From Heterodontus francisci (Eukaryota), in assembly GCF_036365525.1 (NCBI RefSeq), contig NW_027141721.1, forward strand, positions 372,001 to 436,000: 64,000 nt of DNA, read 5' to 3'. The translations under genes were made by a program, and so were the position numbers. Shown piece after piece: positions 35,780-49,943 of this stretch. Position 1 is the stretch's first letter, and the number at the start of each line of letters is the position of its first letter. The notes under the pieces are model-generated. The model saw nothing but the letters and a program-made list of their open reading frames with translations, did not search any database and had not been told where the DNA came from.

Positions 35780-37505
35780 TCAACAGGCAATTAGGAAGGT
35801 TAATGTTATGTTAGTCTTTATCCCAAGAGGATTTGAGTACAGGAGTAGTGAAGTCTTGCTTCAATTGCAAAGAACCATGGTTAGACCGCACCTGGAGTGC
35901 TGTGTGCAGTTTTGGTCCCCTGACCTTCGGAAGGATATTATTCACATAGAGGGAGTGCTAAGAAGGATCATCCGACATGTTCCCGGGATGGCGGGTCTGT
36001 CCTATGAAGAGAGATTTGGGAAACTGGGCCTGTATTCTCTAGAGTTTCGAAGAATGAGAGGTGATCTCATTGAAACCTACAAAGTCCTTAAAGGGATAGA
36101 CAGGGGAGATGCAGGTAAGAAGCTTCCTCTGGTTGAAAGAGAAGGTAATTCAGACACTAGAGTGTTTAACATGGGTGCAGAGAAAGTATTAGATTGGCTG
36201 TCTGACCAGAAAGTGGATAAAGCACCAGCACCAGATGAGATGAGGGAAGTGAGGTTGGAAATCGCAGAGGCGTTGGCCATAATTTTTCAGTCTTCCTTAG
36301 ACTCAGGGCTGGTGCCAGAGGACTGGAGAATTTCAAACGTTACACCCTTATTCAAAAAAGGGGGAAAGATAAGCCCAGCAACTACAGGCCAGTTTAACTT
36401 TGGTGGTAGGGAAACTTCTAGAAAAAATAATTCGGGACAAAATCAATAGTCACATGGACGAGTTAATTAAAGAAAGACAGCATGGATTCCATAAGGGAAA
36501 ATCATGTTTAACTAACCTGCTGGAATTTTTTTGAGAAGGCAACAGAGAGGGTTGATGAGGGCAGTGCTGTGGATGTGGTATACATGGACTTTCAAAAGGT
36601 GTTTGATACAATGCCACACAACAAACCTGTGAGAAAACTTGTAACTCGTGGAATAAAAGGGACGATAGCAACATGGATACGAAATTGGTTTAGTGACAGA
36701 AAACAAAGAGCAATGGTTAATGGATGGTTTTTCGGGCTGGAGGAAGTTTTGTAGTGGAGTTCCCCAGGGATCATTATTAGGACCTTTGCTTTTCCTGATA
36801 TATATTAATGACCTAGACCTCGGTGTACAGGGCACAGTTTCAAAGTTTGCCGATGATACGAAACTTGGAAGTATTGTGAACTATGAGGAGGATAATGTCA
36901 AACTTGAAAAGGACAGAAACAAGTTGGTGGAATGGGCAGACAGGTGGAGATGAGGTTCAATGCAGAGAAATGTGAAGTGATTCATTTTGGTCGGATGAAC
37001 AACAGAGAATAAAGGGCACAACTCGAAAGGGGGTGCAGGAGCACAGGGGCCAAGGTGTATATTTATTTCAGTCATTAAGAGTGGAAGGACGGGTTGGGAC
37101 AGTTTTACTTGGAGAAGAGAAGGCTGAGAGGTGATTTGATGGAGGTTTTCAAAATCATGAGGGATCTGGACAGAGTAGATGGAGAGAAACTTTTCCCACT
37201 CGTGAAAGGATCGAGAGGGCACAGATTTAAAGTATTTGGTAAGGGAAGCAAAAGTGACATGAGGGAGAACTTTTTCACACAGCGAGTGGTGAAGGTCCAG
37301 AATGCACTGCCTGAGAACGTGGTGGAGGCAGGTTCAATTGAAGCATTCAAGAGCGAATTAGACAGTTATATGGAAAGGAAGGATGTGCAGGGTTATGGGG
37401 AGAAGGCAGGGGAGTGGGACTGAGGGAATTTCTCTTCCAGAGAGACAGTGCGGGCACGGTGGGCCGAATGACCTCCTTCTGCACTGTAACAATTCTGTGA
37501 TTCTG
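35780..37505 (+). mobile_element. Tandem decayed CR1 fragments (the second is the paralogue of 1-1665)
   Basis: ORFs 35808-36449, 36693-36953 and 37094-37423 carry RT and C-terminal motifs. Confidence 0.88.
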
Positions 37506-39348
37506 TGGTTGAGAAGTCTAGAACCAGGGGGCTCAATTTCACGACCACAGCGAGTAAGTTAAGGCCAATAGTGGAGATGCATTTAAGGGGGAGATTAGAT
37601 CAGGACATGAGGGAGTAAGGAATAGAAGGAGGTGCTGATGGGCTGAGATGCAGAGAGATGGGAACAGGATTGTAAACCATGGCGCGGAGTCAACTCCCCC
37701 TTGGCCCCTTTATTTCCTTCACCCACTTAATCCTGGCCGTTACGTGGGACTTCGTCCTCTTAATTCAGACTCAGGCTGGGTGTTTGGGATATTGGGGTTA
37801 CAGGAGAGCCACCCTCCACCTCATCCACCAGCGACAGTTAATGGCTTAGTACAAAGAGGAGGAAACTCAGCCCTTTCTTTAACTATCAAGTTACTTTATT
37901 CACGTTGTTGTACAATGTAAGAATAAGGCTTATACACTTGGTTAGACAAAAGCATGCAACTCAAATTGGGTTATACAGTTAATAACAAAGCTAGCTAGAA
38001 TTGACAAGCACACCCACGAGGTTCCTCTGACCTTTCCCTGACCTCGTCACAGAAAACAAACGATAATTCCCGGAAAGGGGAGAGCTGACGCTGGCCAGAC
38101 GTTCTGATCTCTCTCTCTTTGACGTCGTCACCGTGTTGCTCACGCAGGGTCTTCCACTTCCACGATGGTTGGTCTCTGGAGTTTCCCGCTGGCTCTATGC
38201 CTGAGATTCTCCATACTTATTCTCTTTCTTATCTCTTCAAAACTGTGCTGTCTCTTTTCTGTTGGTTTAGGCCTGCTCACCTCGTTCGTATCTTCACCTT
38301 ATTGGCCCAGGCCCAAAGACCCCGGTATCACACCGTTTCCAAATAAGGCTCTATTCCTGTGATTTCTCCCTTGTCTGTCACATAAATTAATTAGTTCAAA
38401 TTGGTTTTTACCAGCACAGGCCAGTGTCTGAGCTCAGGTTACTTTAGTTCATGTGCAATCCAGCAGTTTGTAACAGATTCTGTACTTCTTGCAGCCCATG
38501 GCCAAGGGATGATGTTGTTTATTTTGGGTAACTGTTTCGAACAGCCAGGCCAGGCTCGATTGATCGAATGACCTTGGTTAGTGCTGTATGATTCTATAAC
38601 TATCGAAGATGCATCAAGGGGCTTGTTTATTTTAGGCTGAGAAAGATTTATTTTCCCTGTCTCCTAAACGAGAATTGAAGGGTTAAATTCTTGCCTGGGC
38701 CTAACTCCCAGATGCTTTGAAAGTTCTTCAAAAGACACCGAATGTCTGAAAGACAAGTTGGTTAACAATTGTCAACAGTTGCTCAAAACCGCCAAATTAG
38801 GAATCTGTTCCAGTGAGAGACCTATCTGGGGAGTTGTCTCGTATTTGCATTGTATGAATCATCAGGGGCATGTAGAATAGGGAGCTATGAAAAACTCCTT
38901 GTCAGAATCCTCCGTCCATTCTTTCAACTGTATCATGAACCCATTTACCCTGCCTCGTAATCTGTTCTTAAAATGTAGAGGCTACCTTCACGAAAAGAGC
39001 CTTATCACATGGATGGAGCATTTTAACATTAATATTGTATTGATATAATCTGAATCGAAGGAGAACAAGAAGATGCAACAATATCAACAAAATAGCAAAT
39101 CATGATATATCACTGATGTAACTGCGAGATGTAAACAATGACGTTAGATATATGATAAACAACAGAGGGATGAATATACACTTAGACAGATAAGAGCCAG
39201 ATAAATCGATCGATGACAAATATATATCGATTTCAGAGTGAATAGAGATAAATAGATAAATAGAGATATATATCGATAGCTGGAGGGATCGATAGAGCGA
39301 CGGATGGATAGACAAATGGAACAATAGATAGATAGATGGAGCAATAGG

Positions 39349-39405
<57 letters not shown>

Positions 39406-39440
39406 GGATAGATAGATAGATAGATGGATAGATAGATAGA

Positions 39441-40943
39441 TTCTTTCTTTTGGGCCTCCTTATCTCGAGAGACAATGGATACGCGCCTGGAGGTGGTCAG
39501 TGGTTTGTGAAGCAGCGCCTGGAGTGGCTATAAAGGCCAATTCTGGAGTGACAGGCTCTTCCACAGGTGCTGCAGAGAAATTTGTTTGTTGGGGCTGTTG
39601 CACAGTTGGCTCTCCCCTTGCGCCTCTGTCTTTTTTCCTGCCAACTACTAAGTCTCTTCGACTCGCCACAATTTAGCCCTGTCTTTATGGCTGCCCGCCA
39701 GCTCTGGCGAATGCTGGCAACTGACTCCCACGACTTGTGATCAATGTCACACGATTTCATGTCGCGTTTGCAGACGTCTTTATAACGGAGACATGGACGG
39801 CCGGTGGGTCTGATACCAGTGGCGAGCTCGCTGTACAATGTGTCTTTGGGGATCCTGCCATCTTCCATGCGGCTCACATGGCCAAGCCATCTCAAGCGCC
39901 GCTGACTCAGTAGTGTGTATAAGCTGGGGGTGTTGGCCGCTTCAAGGACTTCTGTGTTGGAGATATAGTCCTGCCACCTGATGCCAAGTATTCTCCGAAG
40001 GCAGCGAAGATGGAATGAATTGAGACGTCGCTCTTGGCTGGCATACGTTGTCCAGGCCTCGCTGCCGTAGAGCAAGGTACTGAGGACACAGGCCTGATAC
40101 ACTCGGACTTTTGTGTTCCGTGTCAGTGCGCCATTTTCCCACACTCTCTTGGCCAGTCTGAACATAGCAGTGGAAGCCTTACCCATGCGCTTGTTGATTT
40201 CTGCATCTAGAGACAGGTTACTGGTGATAGTTGAGCCTAGGTAGGTGAACTCTTGAACCACTTCCAGAGCGTGGTCGCCAATATTGATGGATGGAGCATT
40301 TCTGACATCCTGCCCCATGATGTTCGTTTTCTTGAGGCTGATGGTTAGGCCAAATTCATTGCAGGCAGACGCAAACCTGTCGATGAGACTCTGCAGGCAT
40401 TCTTCAGTGTGAGATGTTAAAGCAGCATCGTCAGCAAAGAGGAGTTCTCTGATGAGGACTTTCTGTACTTTGGACTTCGCTCTTAGACGGGCAAGGTTGA
40501 ACAACCTGCCCCCTGATCTTGTGTGGAGGAAAATTCCTTCTTCAGAGGATTTGAACGCATGTGAAAGCAGCAGGGAGAAGAAAATCCCAAAAAGTGTGGG
40601 TGCGAGAACACAGCCCTGTTTCACACCACTCAGGATAGGAAAGGGCTCTGATGAGGAGCCACCATGTTGAATTGTGCCTTTCATATTGTCATGGAATGAG
40701 GTGATGATACTTAGTAGCTTTGGTGGACATCCGATCTTTTCTAGTAGTCTGAAGAGACCACGTCTGCTGACGAGGTCAAAGGCTTTGGTGAGATCAATGA
40801 AAGCAATGTAGAGGGGCATCTGTTGTTCACGGCATTTCTCCTGTATCTGACGAAGGGAGAACAGCATGTCAATAGTCGATCTCTCTGCACGAAAGCCACA
40901 CTGTGCCTCAGGGTAGACGCGCTCGGCCAGCTTCTGGAGCCTG
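39441..40943 (-). mobile_element. RTE-clade LINE, young, inserted in (GATA)n; 5' end lost in an N gap
   Basis: Uninterrupted ORF: QCGFRAERSTIDM, FIDLTKAFD, GVKQGCVLAP, LFADD, WLGHVSRM, C-terminal CxxCGR..H. Absent from the paralogue at about 3600. Confidence 0.92.
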
Positions 40944-42879
40944 NNNNNNNNNNNNNNNNNNNNNNNNNNNNNNNNNNNNNNNNNNNNNNNNNNNNNNNNN
41001 NNNNNNNNNNNNNNNNNNNNNNNNNNNNNNNNNNNNNNNNNNNNNNNNNNNNNNNNNNNNNNNNNNNNNNNNNNNNNNNNNNNNNNNNNNNNNNNNNNNN
41101 NNNNNNNNNNNNNNNNNNNNNNNTCCACTCACTGACACCACTCACTGCCACCACTCGCTGACACCACTCACTGTCCTCTTTCACTGACTCCACTCACTGA
41201 CCCCGCTTACTGACCCCACTCACTGACTCCTCTCACTGACCCCAAACACTGACACCACTCACTAACTCCTCTCTTTGACCCCACTCACTGACACCACTCA
41301 CTGACCCCACTCACTGACTCCACTCACTGTCCCCACTCACTGACCCCACTCACTGACCCCACTCACTAACTTCTCTCTTTGACCCCACTCACTGACACCA
41401 CTCACTGACCCCACTCACTGACTCCACTCACTGTCCCCACTCACCGACCCCACTCCCTGATACCACTCATCGACACCACTCGCTGGCTCCTCTCACTGAC
41501 CCCACGCACTGACCCCACTCACTGACTCCACACACTGACTCCACTTACTGTCCACACTCACTGACCACACTCACTGACCCCACTTACTGACCCCACTCAC
41601 TGACTCCACTAAGTGACTCCACTGAGTGACTCCACTCACTGACTCCAGTCACTGACAACACGCACTGACCCCGCTCACTAACCCCGCTTACTAACCCCGC
41701 TCACCGACTCCACTTACTGTCCCCGCTCACTGACTCCACTCACTGACTCCACTGAGTGACTCCACTGACTGACTCCACTCACTGACTCCAGTCACTGACC
41801 ACACACAGTGATCCCGCTCACTAACCCCGCTTCGTAACCCCGCTCACTGACTCCACTTACTGTCCCCGCTCACTGACTCCACTCATACACCTCACTCACT
41901 GACTTCACTCACCTACTCCACTGAGTGACACCACTCAGTGACTCCTCTCACTGACTCCATTCACTGACCCCACGCACTGACCCCGCTCACTAACCCCACT
42001 CACTGCCTACACTCACTGCCTACACTCACTGCCTCCACTCACTGCCTCCGCTCACTGTCCCCGCTCACTAACCCCACTCACTGACCTCACTCACTGACCT
42101 CACTCACTGACCTCACTCACTGACTCCACTGAGTGAAAGCACTCAGTGACTCCACTCACTGACTACACTTACTGACCCCACTCACTGATCCCACTCACTG
42201 ATCCCACTCACTGATCCCACTCATTGACTCCACTCACAGACCCCACTCAATCTCCCAGATCAATCCCAAAAAGAATCCTTCATTCTCCAGATGTATCCCA
42301 GTAATTTTCCCTCATTGTCTCTATCTCTGTCTCCCTCTCTGTCTCAGTCTCTTTAACTCTACCTGTCGTTTTTCCTCTCATTCTCCTCTCTCTCTCATTA
42401 GATCACTCTCTCTTTCACACACACATACACTCTCTTTCTCTCTCTAAAGTAGTGGGTGTCCTTGTCCTGTTGATGTATATTAAGCTGGATCGACATGATC
42501 TCCTGCTCTCTTAGTTTTCTCACTAAATCCTTCTCAAAGCCATTGTCTGGTCCATGGTCCTGGATCCCCCTCTGCTGTCCCTGTGGAGAAGGTAAACACA
42601 GGGTCAGTGCATAAATACCCAGATTATTGTCATTGATTCCTGATGGTTACATTCTGAGATCTCGTGACATCTTTATTAATCGTTCATTGCACCCTTGGCA
42701 GTACCTGTAAATCTAGTGTGTCACTACAATCATAACTCAACTCTTTTTATTGTAACAAACACTTTCACTCTGCATAAGGAAACAACAGGTAGAGGCACCA
42801 AAAGGTTTTACCCTCCACAGGTGTTTCCTGCTGCCTTTAGGGTTTTTGTTGAACTGCTCCATCTCTCTGAGTCACTGTA

Positions 42880-43364
42880 TTCTCTCCAGGCACAGAAATA
42901 CACGGCCGAGTGATTCTCCTGCAGGCTGGAGGACTCCAGGTTGAACTCAGAGTCAGTCGGTCTCTCGGCGGTGAAACCCTCCACCGTCCCCTCTGAGTTC
43001 ACCCTTTGTGCAGTTAGGGAGTAAAACATCAGCTGTGGCTCCTTCCCCGGGTATTGTCTGTACCAGTACATGTAAGGGTTACTGGTGCCATCCACGGTGC
43101 ATTTCAGCTTCACCTGCTCCTCAGAAAATTTGGAGACAGAGGCGGGAGTCTGGTGGATAGTCTGAGAGGTCACATCTGGGAAAGAGACAGGGAGAGGAGG
43201 AGATCAATAAACAGGGAAATTCAGTCCAGTGGGGAGAGAGAAAGAGAGAGAAGGAGAGAACGAAATAAATAAAACCATATCCTAAAGAAATGTTAAGTAG
43301 AATTATTGTTTCAATAAAATTCCCTACGGTGAAACAGGGTGATCAGAGTCAGTAACAGATACAT
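42880..43364 (-). pseudogene. TRBV: TCR beta V segment, family A (V7); open frame, RSS heptamer TACAGTG
   Basis: Leader 43328-43364 (GTAGG donor). V exon 42880-43175. Heptamer 42873-42879 has lost the invariant first C; 23-bp spacer; nonamer 42841-42849. Confidence 0.85.
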
Positions 43365-45091
43365 CTTTTACTTTAAGCTGCCTTCTGAATCTGCAAAGGG
43401 GAGAGAGCAGGAATGATGAGTGTTGTCAATAACCAACCCACTCTTTACAAATCATTGGGAGGAACAGGGAGAGCATTAGGAAGTGATGCAGAGATGGTGA
43501 CGTTCATTTCCCACATCAACAAATGAGAATCGAGTTGGTTGCCAATGTCCCACTTTCTCTCTCTCCCTCTGTCTCTCCCTGTCCTTTACTTGAGATGCTC
43601 CTTTCTTCCTCTCTGTCTCTCTTCTGTGCCTCCCTATATGTCTCAGTCTGTTTATTTCAGTCTCTCTCTCACAGATACACACACATTAGGTCTCTCTCTC
43701 TCTCTTTGTTTGTCTCTCTGTAATGATGTTTTATCAATCTAGTTTGATAGAAGTTAGTAGTGGATGAAAACACAGCAAGTATTTAGCAGAGGTATCTTTA
43801 TGAACGATGAATACCTACATGGAAGAAGAGAACAGACGATTAGGAAGAGTTTGACTAACTGCATCCTGCAGACTGGTGGCTGAAACTGTTCATGAATCAA
43901 TATCAGGCGGCTGAAGATAAAGCAGAGAGCGGAAATGACAGCACTGGAAGCAGGGTTTCCTTCTGACCCCTCACTTCTGGGTATGACAGAATAATAACAC
44001 CCCCTGGTCGGAAGGAGCTTGAATAAGGAACTGCTTCCCGTCTGTGTCTGGCTCTCGTTGCTTGTGTCTGATTAGTGTTGTGTCGGGTAGCTCTTTCGAA
44101 CAGCTGGGCCAGGCTCGATGGGCTGAATGGCCTCGGCTCTGCTGCATGATTCTATAAATATATAAGACGCATCAAGTTGCTTGTTTGTATTAGGCAGATA
44201 AAGATTTATTTTCCCTGTGCTAAACGACAATTCAAGGGCTGTGTTTTACATTGGGGTGAAATCTTAGATACTTTGAAAAGCGACAGTGTCATGAAGAAGT
44301 GGGTTAACTGTTTTGAACAGATGCTCAAACCGCTGTCAGGAGGCAGGTGTTCCAGTGAGAGACCTATCTGGGGAGGTGTCTCACTTTTGCATTGTGTGAG
44401 TCATTGGGGACATGTACAAGAGGGAGCTATGTGTAACTCTTGTCAAAAACCACAGACAGCTCATTCAACAGGACCATGAACCCATTTACCCCACCTCGGA
44501 ATCTGTTCTTTCCAGGTAGAGGCTGTCTTAACGAGAAGGATCTGAGCACATTGCTGCAGCATTTTTAATAATTCATAATGTATTGATGTACTCTGAGTCG
44601 AAGGAGAGCAAGAAGATGAAACTGAAAGAGACAGAGATGACAAATATATATATATATGATCGAGATAAATAGATAGATAAATGGTGCAAATAACCAAAAA
44701 TGGACAGTGAGATCGATAAATAGATCGATACAGATGGAGAGATAGATAGATACAGATGGATAGATAGATACAGATAGATAGATAGAGACAGAGAGACAGA
44801 CAGACAGACAGGCAAACACAAAGATAGATAGATACAGATAGATTTTTTGATAGATTGATAGACACGTAGATGGATAGAAAAATAGATAGACATGGATAGA
44901 TACAGATCGATAGACAGATTGACAGACAGACAGATAGATAGATGCAGAGACGCACAAAGAGACACAGAAACTCGCAGGTAGTCCGAGAGACAGAAAGACA
45001 CTGAGGTAGACAGGCAGGTTTATCTCCCACAAGTGCTTTCCTCCCCCTTTAGAGTTTTTGCTGTACTCCGGCGCCTTTCTGAGTCACTGTG

Positions 45092-45985
45092 CTGTCTCCA
45101 GGCACAGTAATACACGGCTGATTGATTCGCCCACAGGCTGGAGGACTCCAGGTAAAAATGGGTGTTGTCGGGTCTCCTGGCGGTGAAACCGTCCACCTCA
45201 CCGGAGGGAATGACCGTTCCGGGGACGTTGGAATAGAAAAGGTTCTCGGGCTCACGGTCCAGATGCCACCGGTACCAGTAGAAATAGGAGCCAACTACTG
45301 CTTCAGGGTAAATACACTGGATACTGACTGGAGAACCTGGGGAATGGGATAGGGAAGCGGGAGTCTGTTGTATCAGCACCGCCCCCACATCTGTAAAACA
45401 GAGAGAGAGAGAAAGATAAACCCAGAGACAATGTTTAAATTGACATCGGCCACAAAGAGGGGAGAGGCACGATGGGCTGAAAGACCTCCTGTGTGTTCTC
45501 GATGTCCCGTTTTCCTTTGTAAGAAGGGAGAGGTGGGAGACGGGGAGCTGCACAGAGAGAGAGAGAGAGAGAATGAAAAAGAGTGAGAGAAAAGGAGAGA
45601 AGCAGAGACAGAGAGAGAGCGGGGGAAGCAAACACACTGAGGGAGAAAAACAGCAACAATTTAAGCATGGGCAACAGACATGAAGGAACTAAGAGGACAG
45701 GGAGAGAGAGCAAGAGAGACAGAAAGAAAAGGAGAGTGGGAAGGACAGACATAGAGGTACATATATCGTTAGACAGAGAGAAAGAGAGAGGGGGAGAGAG
45801 AAAGGAATTCAAAACGAGAAAGAGAGCAGCTAAATTAACAATCACAGTGACGGTGCCTAGTAGGGGGGTAAACCCCCAATGGGGTCACACAGGGAAAGAG
45901 CAGTGAGGATGACTGACAGCTCCCAGTCCAGTTCCACCTTACCCCTTAACACCAGTAACACAACCCAGAGGTGAGACACAGTCAT
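45092..45985 (-). CDS. TRBV: TCR beta V segment, family C (V8), apparently functional
   Basis: Leader 45943-45985 (MTVSHLWVVLLVLR, GTAAG). V exon 45092-45390 reads LIQQTP..IQC..YWYRW..VYYCAWR. RSS: CACAGTG 45085-45091, 23 bp, GCAAAAACT 45053-45061. Confidence 0.92.
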
Positions 45986-46587
45986 CTCTGGAGGGAGACA
46001 GATCCATGTGTTCATTGTGTGAAATCACTGAGCTGCTTTATTGCAGAATATCTCAATGTTCTGAGTGACATTTACTGTCCCCTCCTCCCCAGTGTTTCAT
46101 GTTCCCATTGGGGGGGAGGCGCGGGGGGCAACTTCCTTATGGTTCATTGGTTCCCACATGTTGACATGTTGACAGGTCATTTCCGGGGCTGAGCGAAGGA
46201 GGCCTCAGGGGAATCCGGGGGGCCTCTGGTCAATATTAAAGACCCAACATGATGACGTCTAACTGCGTTCTTTGTGTGTGTCTGTGAAATAGTTGAGAAG
46301 TGAAACATTTCAGAAGCTGCCAAGTTGACCTGTGGAGCTGCTGTGGGGAAAGCTCACTCTGTCTGAGCATGTTCTGGGCAGCGGCTGCAGTGGAGTAACA
46401 CTGGCACCTAGTGGCTCCAGGTGTAACTGCAAGCTCCGATTCTGCAGGCCATTCAGTGTCAGACCCTGAACCTCTTTCAGTCATTAGTTATATTCTCCTA
46501 CTCGACTCGTGTTGGCGCTTGTGGCACAGAACTAGATGGAAGTTAATGCACAGATCGGCGCCATTCGGCCCGACGGTTCTCTGCTTC

Positions 46588-49500
46588 GTGTTTTTGGGAT
46601 CCTTAAGGGGGAGGGGGAGCACCCCCAAGTCGTGGTCCACATAGGCACCAACGACATAGGTAGGAAGAGAGATGGGGATTTAAGGCAGAAATTCAGGGAG
46701 CTAGGGTGGAAGCTTAGAGCGAGAACAACCAGAGTTGTTATCTCTGGGTTGTTGCCTGTGCCACGTGCTAGCGAAGAGAGGAATAGGGAGAGAGAGGAGT
46801 TGAACACGTGGCTGCAGGGATGGTGTAGGAGGGAGGGTTTTGGTTTCCTGGATAATTGGGGCTCTTTCTGGGGTAGGTGGGACCTCTACAAACAGGATGG
46901 TCTTCACCTGAACCAGAGGGGTACCAATATCCTGGGGGGGAGATTTGTTAGTGCTCTTCGGGGGGGTTTAAACTAAATCAGCAGGGGAATGGGAACCTAA
47001 ATTGCAGTGCCAGTGTACAGGCTGTTGAGAGTAGTGAGGTAGGGGATAAGGTTACAGGGACGCAAGAGGGCACTGGCAAGCAAGAACTTGGTTTAAAGTG
47101 TGTCTACTTCAACGCCAGTAGCATCCGGAATAAGGTGGGTGAGCTTGCAGCATGGGTTGGTACCTGGGATCCTGATGTTGTGGCCATTTCGGAGACATGG
47201 GTAGAGCAGGGGCAGGAATGGATGTTGCAGGTTCCGGGATTTAGATGTTTCAGAAAGAACAGAGAAGAGGGTAAAAGAGGGGGGGGGGGGTGTGGCATTG
47301 TTAATCAAGGAAAGTATTACAGCGGCAGAAAGGACGTTTGAGGACTCGTCTACTGAGGTAGTATGGGCCGAGGTTAGAAACAGGAGAGGAGAGGTCACCC
47401 TGTTGGGAGTTTTCTATAGACCTCCGAATAGTTCCAGAGATGTAGAGGAAAGGATAGCGAAGATGATTCTCGACAGGAGCGAGAGTAACAGGGTAGTGGT
47501 TATGGGGGACTTTAACTTTCCAAATATTGACTGGAAATACTATAGTTCGAGTACTTTAGATGGGTCTGTTTTTGTCCAGTGTGTGCAGGAGGGTTTTCTG
47601 ACACAGTATGTGGACAGGCCAACCAGGGGCGATGCCACATTGGATTTGGTACTGGGTAATGAACCCGGCCAGGTGTTCGATTTAGATGTAGGTGAGCACT
47701 TTGGCGATAGTGATCACAATTCGGTTAGGTTTACCTTAGCGATGGGCAGGGACAGGTATATACCGCAGGGCAAGAATTATAGCTGGGGGAAAGGAAATTA
47801 TGACGCGATTAGGCAAGATTTAGGATGTGTAGGATGGGGAAGGAAACTGCAGGGGATGGGCACAAACGAAATGTGGAGCTTATTCAAGGAGCAGCTAATG
47901 CGTGTCCTTGATAAGTATGTACCTGTCAGGCAGGGAGGAAGTTGTCGAGCAAGGGAGCCGTGGTTTACTCAAGAAGTTGAAGCGCTTGTCAAGAGGAAGA
48001 GGGCGGCTTATGTTAGGATGAGACGTGAAGGCTCAGTTAGGGCGCTTGAGAGTTACAAGCTAGCCAGGAAGGATCTAAAGGGAGGGCTAAGAAGAGCAAG
48101 GAGAGGACACGAGAAGTCATTGGCGGATAGGATCAAAGAAAACCCTAAGGCTTTCTACAGGTATATCAGGAATAAACGAATGATAAGAGTTAGAACAGGG
48201 CCAATCAAGGATAGTAGTGGGAAGTTGTGTGCGGAATCAGAGGAGATAGGGGAAGCGTTAAATGAATATTTTTCGTCAGTATTTACAGTAGAGAAAGAAA
48301 ATGTTGCCGAGGAGATTACTGAGATACAGCCTACTAGGCTAGATGGGATTGAGATTCACAAGGAGGAGGTGTTAGCAATTTTGGAAAGAGTGAAAATAGA
48401 TAAGTCCCCTGGGCCAGATGGGATTTATCCTAGGATTCTCTGGGAAGCCAGGGAGGAGATTGCAGAGCCGTTGTTGTTGATCTTCAAGTCGTCATTGTCG
48501 ACAGGAGTAGTGCCGGAGGACTGGAGGATAGCAAATGTTGTCCCCTTGTTCAAGAAGGGGAGTAGAGACAGCCCTGGTAATTATAGACCTGTGAGCCTTA
48601 CTTCGGTTGTGGGTAAAATGTTGGAAAAGGTTATAAGAGACAGGATTTATAATCATCTTGAAAAGAATAAGTTCATTTGCGATAGTCAGCACGGTTTTGT
48701 GAAAGGTAGGTCGTGCCTCACAAACCTTATTGAGTTTTTCGAGAAGGTGACCAAACAGGTGGATGAGGGTAAAGCCGTGGATGTGGTGTATATGGATTTC
48801 AGTAAGGCGTTTGATAAGGTTCCCCACGGTAGGCTATTGCAGAAAATACGCAAGTATGGGGTTGAAGGTGATTTAGAGCTTTGGATCAGAAATTGGCTAG
48901 CTGAAAGAAGACAGAGGGTGGTGGTTGATGGCAAATGTTCATCCTGGAGTTTAGTTACTAGTGGTGTACCGCAAGGTTCTGTTTTAGGGCCACTGCTGTT
49001 TGTCATTTTTATAAACGACCTGGATGAGGGTGTAGAAGGGTGGGTTAGTAAATTTGCGGATGACACGAAGGTCGGTGGAGTTGTGGATAGTGTCGAAGGG
49101 TGTTGTAGGGTACAGAGGGACATAGATAGGCTGCAGAGCTGGGCTGAGAGATGGCAAATGGAGTTTAATGCGGAGAAGTGTGAGGTGATTCACTTTGGAA
49201 GGAGTAACAGCAATGCAGAGTACTGGGCTAATGGGAAGATTCTTGGTAGTGTAGATGAGCAGAGAGATCTTGGTATCCAGGTACATAAATCCCTGAAAGT
49301 TGCTACCCAGGTTAATAGGGCTGTTAAGAAGGCATATGGTGTGTTAGCCTTTATTAGTAGGGGGATCGAGTTTCAGAGCCACGGGGTCATGATGCAGCTG
49401 TACAAAACTCTGGTGAGGCCGCACCTGGACTATTGCGTGCAGTTCTGGTCACCGCATTATAGGAAGGATGTCGAAGCTTTGGAAAGGGTGCAGAGGAGAT

Positions 49501-49943
49501 TTACTAGGATGTTGCCTGGTATGGAAGGAAGGTCTTACGAGGAAAGGCTGAGGGACTTGGGGTTGTTTTCGTTAGAGAGAAGGAGGAGGAGAGGTGACTT
49601 AATAGAGACATACAAGATAATCAGAGGGTTAGATAGGGTGGATAGTGAGAGTCTTTTTCCTCGGATGAGGATGGCAAACACGAGGGGACATAGCTTTAAG
49701 TTGAGGGGTGAAAGATATAGGACAGATGTCAGAGGTAGTTTCTTTACGCAGAGAGTAGTAGGGGCGTGGAACGCCCTGCCTGCAACAGTAGTAGACTCGC
49801 CAACTTTAAGGGCATTTAAGTGGTCATTGGATAGACATATGGATGTAAATGGAATAGTGTAGGTCAGATGATCGGCGCAACATCGAGGGCCGAAGGGCCT
49901 GTACTGCGCTGTAATATTCTCATTCTAATTCTAATTCTAATTC
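46588..49943 (+). mobile_element. Young 5'-truncated CR1 (HER1-like) LINE: partial ORF1 esterase plus ORF2 EN-RT
   Basis: ORF1 SGNH motifs VVVHIGTND and DGLHLN. ORF2 has ISETW, GDFN, SDH, QHGF and FADD, broken only at the G run 47279-47290. (ATTCTA)n tail. Empty site at about 54527. Confidence 0.95.

Larger units (their letters stand above)
36193..43510 (+). repeat. Segmental duplication of about 1-6590
   Basis: Colinear, near-identical CR1, unique spacer, GATA repeat, 13-bp satellite and V gene. Confidence 0.92.
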
